Shown: positions 8,681 to 10,693 of the stretch, piece by piece | Numbering within the stretch: position 1 is the first letter of the stretch | How the letters are laid out: every line of letters begins with the position of its first letter | Assembly: GCA_003558085.1 (NCBI GenBank) | Contig: PWMT01000142.1 | Coordinates: 1-10,693 of the forward strand | Origin: Methanobacteriaceae archaeon | GTDB taxonomy: Archaea > Methanobacteriota > Methanobacteria > Methanobacteriales > Methanobacteriaceae | Length of the DNA: 10,693 nt | Reading direction: 5' to 3' | Notes under the pieces: model-generated | What the model was told of the DNA's origin: nothing | The model's input: the letters and a program-made list of their open reading frames with translations, nothing else | The model's database searches: none | Position numbers and translations under genes: made by a program

Positions 8681-8799
8681 ATATGCATTTCTAATAGCAT
8701 CAGCTAATAAGATTAAAATAGAGATGAAAATTCATCCAGATTAATTTTATACTAAACCCCATAAGCAAGCTTAAGGATAATCCAAGCTCAAACAATAAA

Positions 8800-8900
8800 A
8801 AATTAGTAGTTTTATTATAATCTAGAGAATTATTATATTCAAGAAATTAGTAGTTTTATAAATAATGTAGAGAATTATTATATTCATCAAGAAATTAGTA
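8800..8900 (+). repeat. Imperfect tandem duplication (44 bp + 48 bp + 9 bp partial) upstream of the U32 gene
   Basis: 8800-8843 AAATTAGTAGTTTTATTATAATCTAGAGAATTATTATATTCAAG; 8844-8891 AAATTAGTAGTTTTATAAATAATGTAGAGAATTATTATATTCATCAAG; 8892-8900 AAATTAGTA. Confidence 0.9.
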
Positions 8901-8919
8901 TTATTTTTGGAGGATTAAA

Positions 8920-10693
8920 GTGAAACCCATCCCTGAATTATTAGCACCTGCTGGATCATTAGAATCATTTAAAGCCGCTATAAATGCTGGAGCAGATTCA
9001 GTTTACCTTTCAGGTAAAAAATTTGGAGCTAGACAATATGCTGATAATTTCACCAAGCCAGAAATCTTAGAAACAATTGAATATGCTCATCTAAGAAATG
9101 TGAAGGTTTATCTTACCGTCAATACACTTATAAAAGATGCTGAACTAGGGGAAGTTGCAGAGTATTTAGTTGATTTATATAGTATGGGGGTGGACGCAGT
9201 TCTAATACAAGATCTGGGACTACTTAAAATAGCCCAGGAACTGGTACCTGATTTAAAGTTACATGCCTCCACTCAAATGACCATTCATAATCAAGACGAA
9301 CTTACATGGGCTGAATATAATGGTTTTAAAAGAGTGGTTCTATCTCGAGAATTGTCTTTAGATGAAATAAAAGATTTGAGACTTAAATCTAAAACCGAAT
9401 TGGAAATATTCGTACATGGTGCCCTATGTTATGCTTATTCTGGACAATGCCAGCTATCAGCGTTGATTGGTGGAAGGAGTGGGAACCGTGGCAGATGCGC
9501 ACAACCATGCCGTAAACCATACTATCTCCTCAGTGGAGAAAAAGATGATTACGGCAGGTTAACTGAGCTTAGAAACTTAAATCAACACCAAAAATATTTA
9601 CTCTCCACCAAGGATCTAGCCTTATATTCAAAACTGAAAAAGGTGCTTGGATCAGGAATAGATAGTTTAAAGATAGAAGGCCGTATGCGTTCCCCAGAAT
9701 ATGTTTTCTTGGTGGTAAGTATATATCGTGAGGCTTTAGATCAAATCTTAGCAGAAAAATGGATTCCTGAAAGAGAAAGTAAGGATAAACTTAGCTTAGT
9801 GTTTAATCGAGGTTTTACTCACGGAAAAATCTTCCAAGATAAGGGTAAAGATTTCATGGGAATTGAAAAACCCGGCCATCGTGGTTTATTTTTGGGAATG
9901 GTTAAAAATTATTCCCCGGGAAAAGGAAGGGTTGAAGTAGAATTAAATACTAAAATTTATCCCTCTAAAGGGGACGGTGTTTATTTCACTACCCCTCAAC
10001 AAACTACACAGGGTATGGATATATCTAAACATCCTAAAATAAAGGGAGGAACCTTATCTTTAGAGGTGGATAAGCCAGTGGAAATAGGTTCTAAATTATA
10101 TTTGAACAGAAAACAAGATTTAAAGAGGGATTTGAAATCATCATCTAACGTTGAAAGAGTAAAGCATAAAATCTATTTTTCATTCTATGTAGATGAAAAT
10201 AAGTTCCCCCTTCTAATGGGGGATTTGGATGATGGAAGGAGTTTAAAGTTATCTTCCCATATTAAAGGAAAATATCCATTAGAACCTGCTAAAAAAAAAC
10301 CCATCAGTGTTGAGCAAATTAAAAATCAGCTGCTTAAAAGTGGGGATAAACCATTTGAAATTGAAATTAAAAGTATTGATTATCCGGACGGTCTTTATAT
10401 ATCTTTAAGTAAGTTGAATCAGCTTCGAAGAGATGTTTTAGCTGATATGGAAGATAAAATATTAAAAAAGCACCAACCATCTGCTGAAGAATTAAAAAAA
10501 GCAAAAATAGCTCTTAAAAATTTTAAAAATCGGCTCTCTAATAAGTATTCCCAATCCACTGAAATTATAAGTAAAAAACAATTAAACTCTGAAAACCACC
10601 CCAAATCCACTATAATTAAAAGTAAAAAACAATTAAACTCTGAAAACCACCCCAAATCCACTATAATTAAAAGTAAAAAACAATTAAACTCTG
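8920..10693 (+). CDS. Peptidase U32 family Fe-S protein with DUF3656, RlhA-like (putative rRNA/tRNA hydroxylase); truncated at window end
   Basis: Not in the ORF track. GTG at 8920 after SD GGAGG (8909-8913), open for 591 codons. Motifs ELLAPAGS, GADSVYL, LHASTQM, RVVLSREL, EIFVHGALCYAYSGQC...NRGRCAQPCR (C170-x6-C177-x15-C193-x3-C197), SLKIEGRMRSPEYV, and DUF3656-like EPAKKKPIS..IKNQLLKSGDKPF...SKLNQLRR. Confidence 0.93.
   Translation, partial: MKPIPELLAPAGSLESFKAAINAGADSVYLSGKKFGARQYADNFTKPEILETIEYAHLRNVKVYLTVNTLIKDAELGEVAEYLVDLYSMGVDAVLIQDLGLLKIAQELVPDLKLHASTQMTIHNQDELTWAEYNGFKRVVLSRELSLDEIKDLRLKSKTELEIFVHGALCYAYSGQCQLSALIGGRSGNRGRCAQPCRKPYYLLSGEKDDYGRLTELRNLNQHQKYLLSTKDLALYSKLKKVLGSGIDSLKIEGRMRSPEYVFLVVSIYREALDQILAEKWIPERESKDKLSLVFNRGFTHGKIFQDKGKDFMGIEKPGHRGLFLGMVKNYSPGKGRVEVELNTKIYPSKGDGVYFTTPQQTTQGMDISKHPKIKGGTLSLEVDKPVEIGSKLYLNRKQDLKRDLKSSSNVERVKHKIYFSFYVDENKFPLLMGDLDDGRSLKLSSHIKGKYPLEPAKKKPISVEQIKNQLLKSGDKPFEIEIKSIDYPDGLYISLSKLNQLRRDVLADMEDKILKKHQPSAEELKKAKIALKNFKNRLSNKYSQSTEIISKKQLNSENHPKSTIIKSKKQLNSENHPKSTIIKSKKQLNS
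10570..10693 (+). repeat. Perfect in-frame 51-bp tandem repeat (SKKQLNSENHPKSTIIK), at least 2.4 copies
   Basis: Unit AGTAAAAAACAATTAAACTCTGAAAACCACCCCAAATCCACTATAATTAAA at 10570-10620 and 10621-10671, partial copy from 10672 to the end. A degenerate tail of a further copy lies at about 10552-10569. Confidence 0.97.

Noticed and set aside
8800..8900. Mini-CRISPR interpretation of the intergenic repeat
   Set aside because: Units are directly adjacent with no unique spacers, and there are no cas genes.
10291..10299. A9 tract as a phase-variation or frameshift site
   Set aside because: Frame is intact (KKK), and A-runs are common in this AT-rich sequence.
10419..10661. 80-aa minus-strand ORF with repeated DLGWFSEFNCFLL
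   Set aside because: Antisense reading of the U32 gene and its 51-bp repeat. The repeat has no spacers, so it is not a CRISPR array either.

Overview
AT-rich archaeal chromosomal segment, most likely from a Methanobacteriales methanogen (Methanobacterium-like). The evidence is GGTGA/GGAGG Shine-Dalgarno sites, TATA/BRE-type promoters, T-tract terminators, and a gene order I recall from Methanothermobacter. The core is a housekeeping cluster: MJ0936-type phosphoesterase, rlmE (rrmJ/ftsJ), a divergent membrane-anchored helical protein, intein-free mcm, aIF-2beta, NMD3, tyrS, a 65-aa hypothetical protein and tmk. The ORF track misses two real genes that run off the window edges: the N-terminus of a cryptochrome/photolyase-related (COG3046/DPRP-type) protein at 1-252 (-), and a GTG-started U32 Fe-S hydroxylase with DUF3656 (RlhA-like) at 8920->10693 (+), which contains an in-frame perfect 51-bp tandem repeat. 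I found no CRISPR array, transposase, tRNA or rRNA, and no clear new multi-gene system. The best leads are the coding VNTR, a duplicated promoter, mirror-image TATA boxes linking mcm to an uncharacterised bitopic protein, apparently leaderless DNA-metabolism genes, and a cluster of large-subunit maturation genes.
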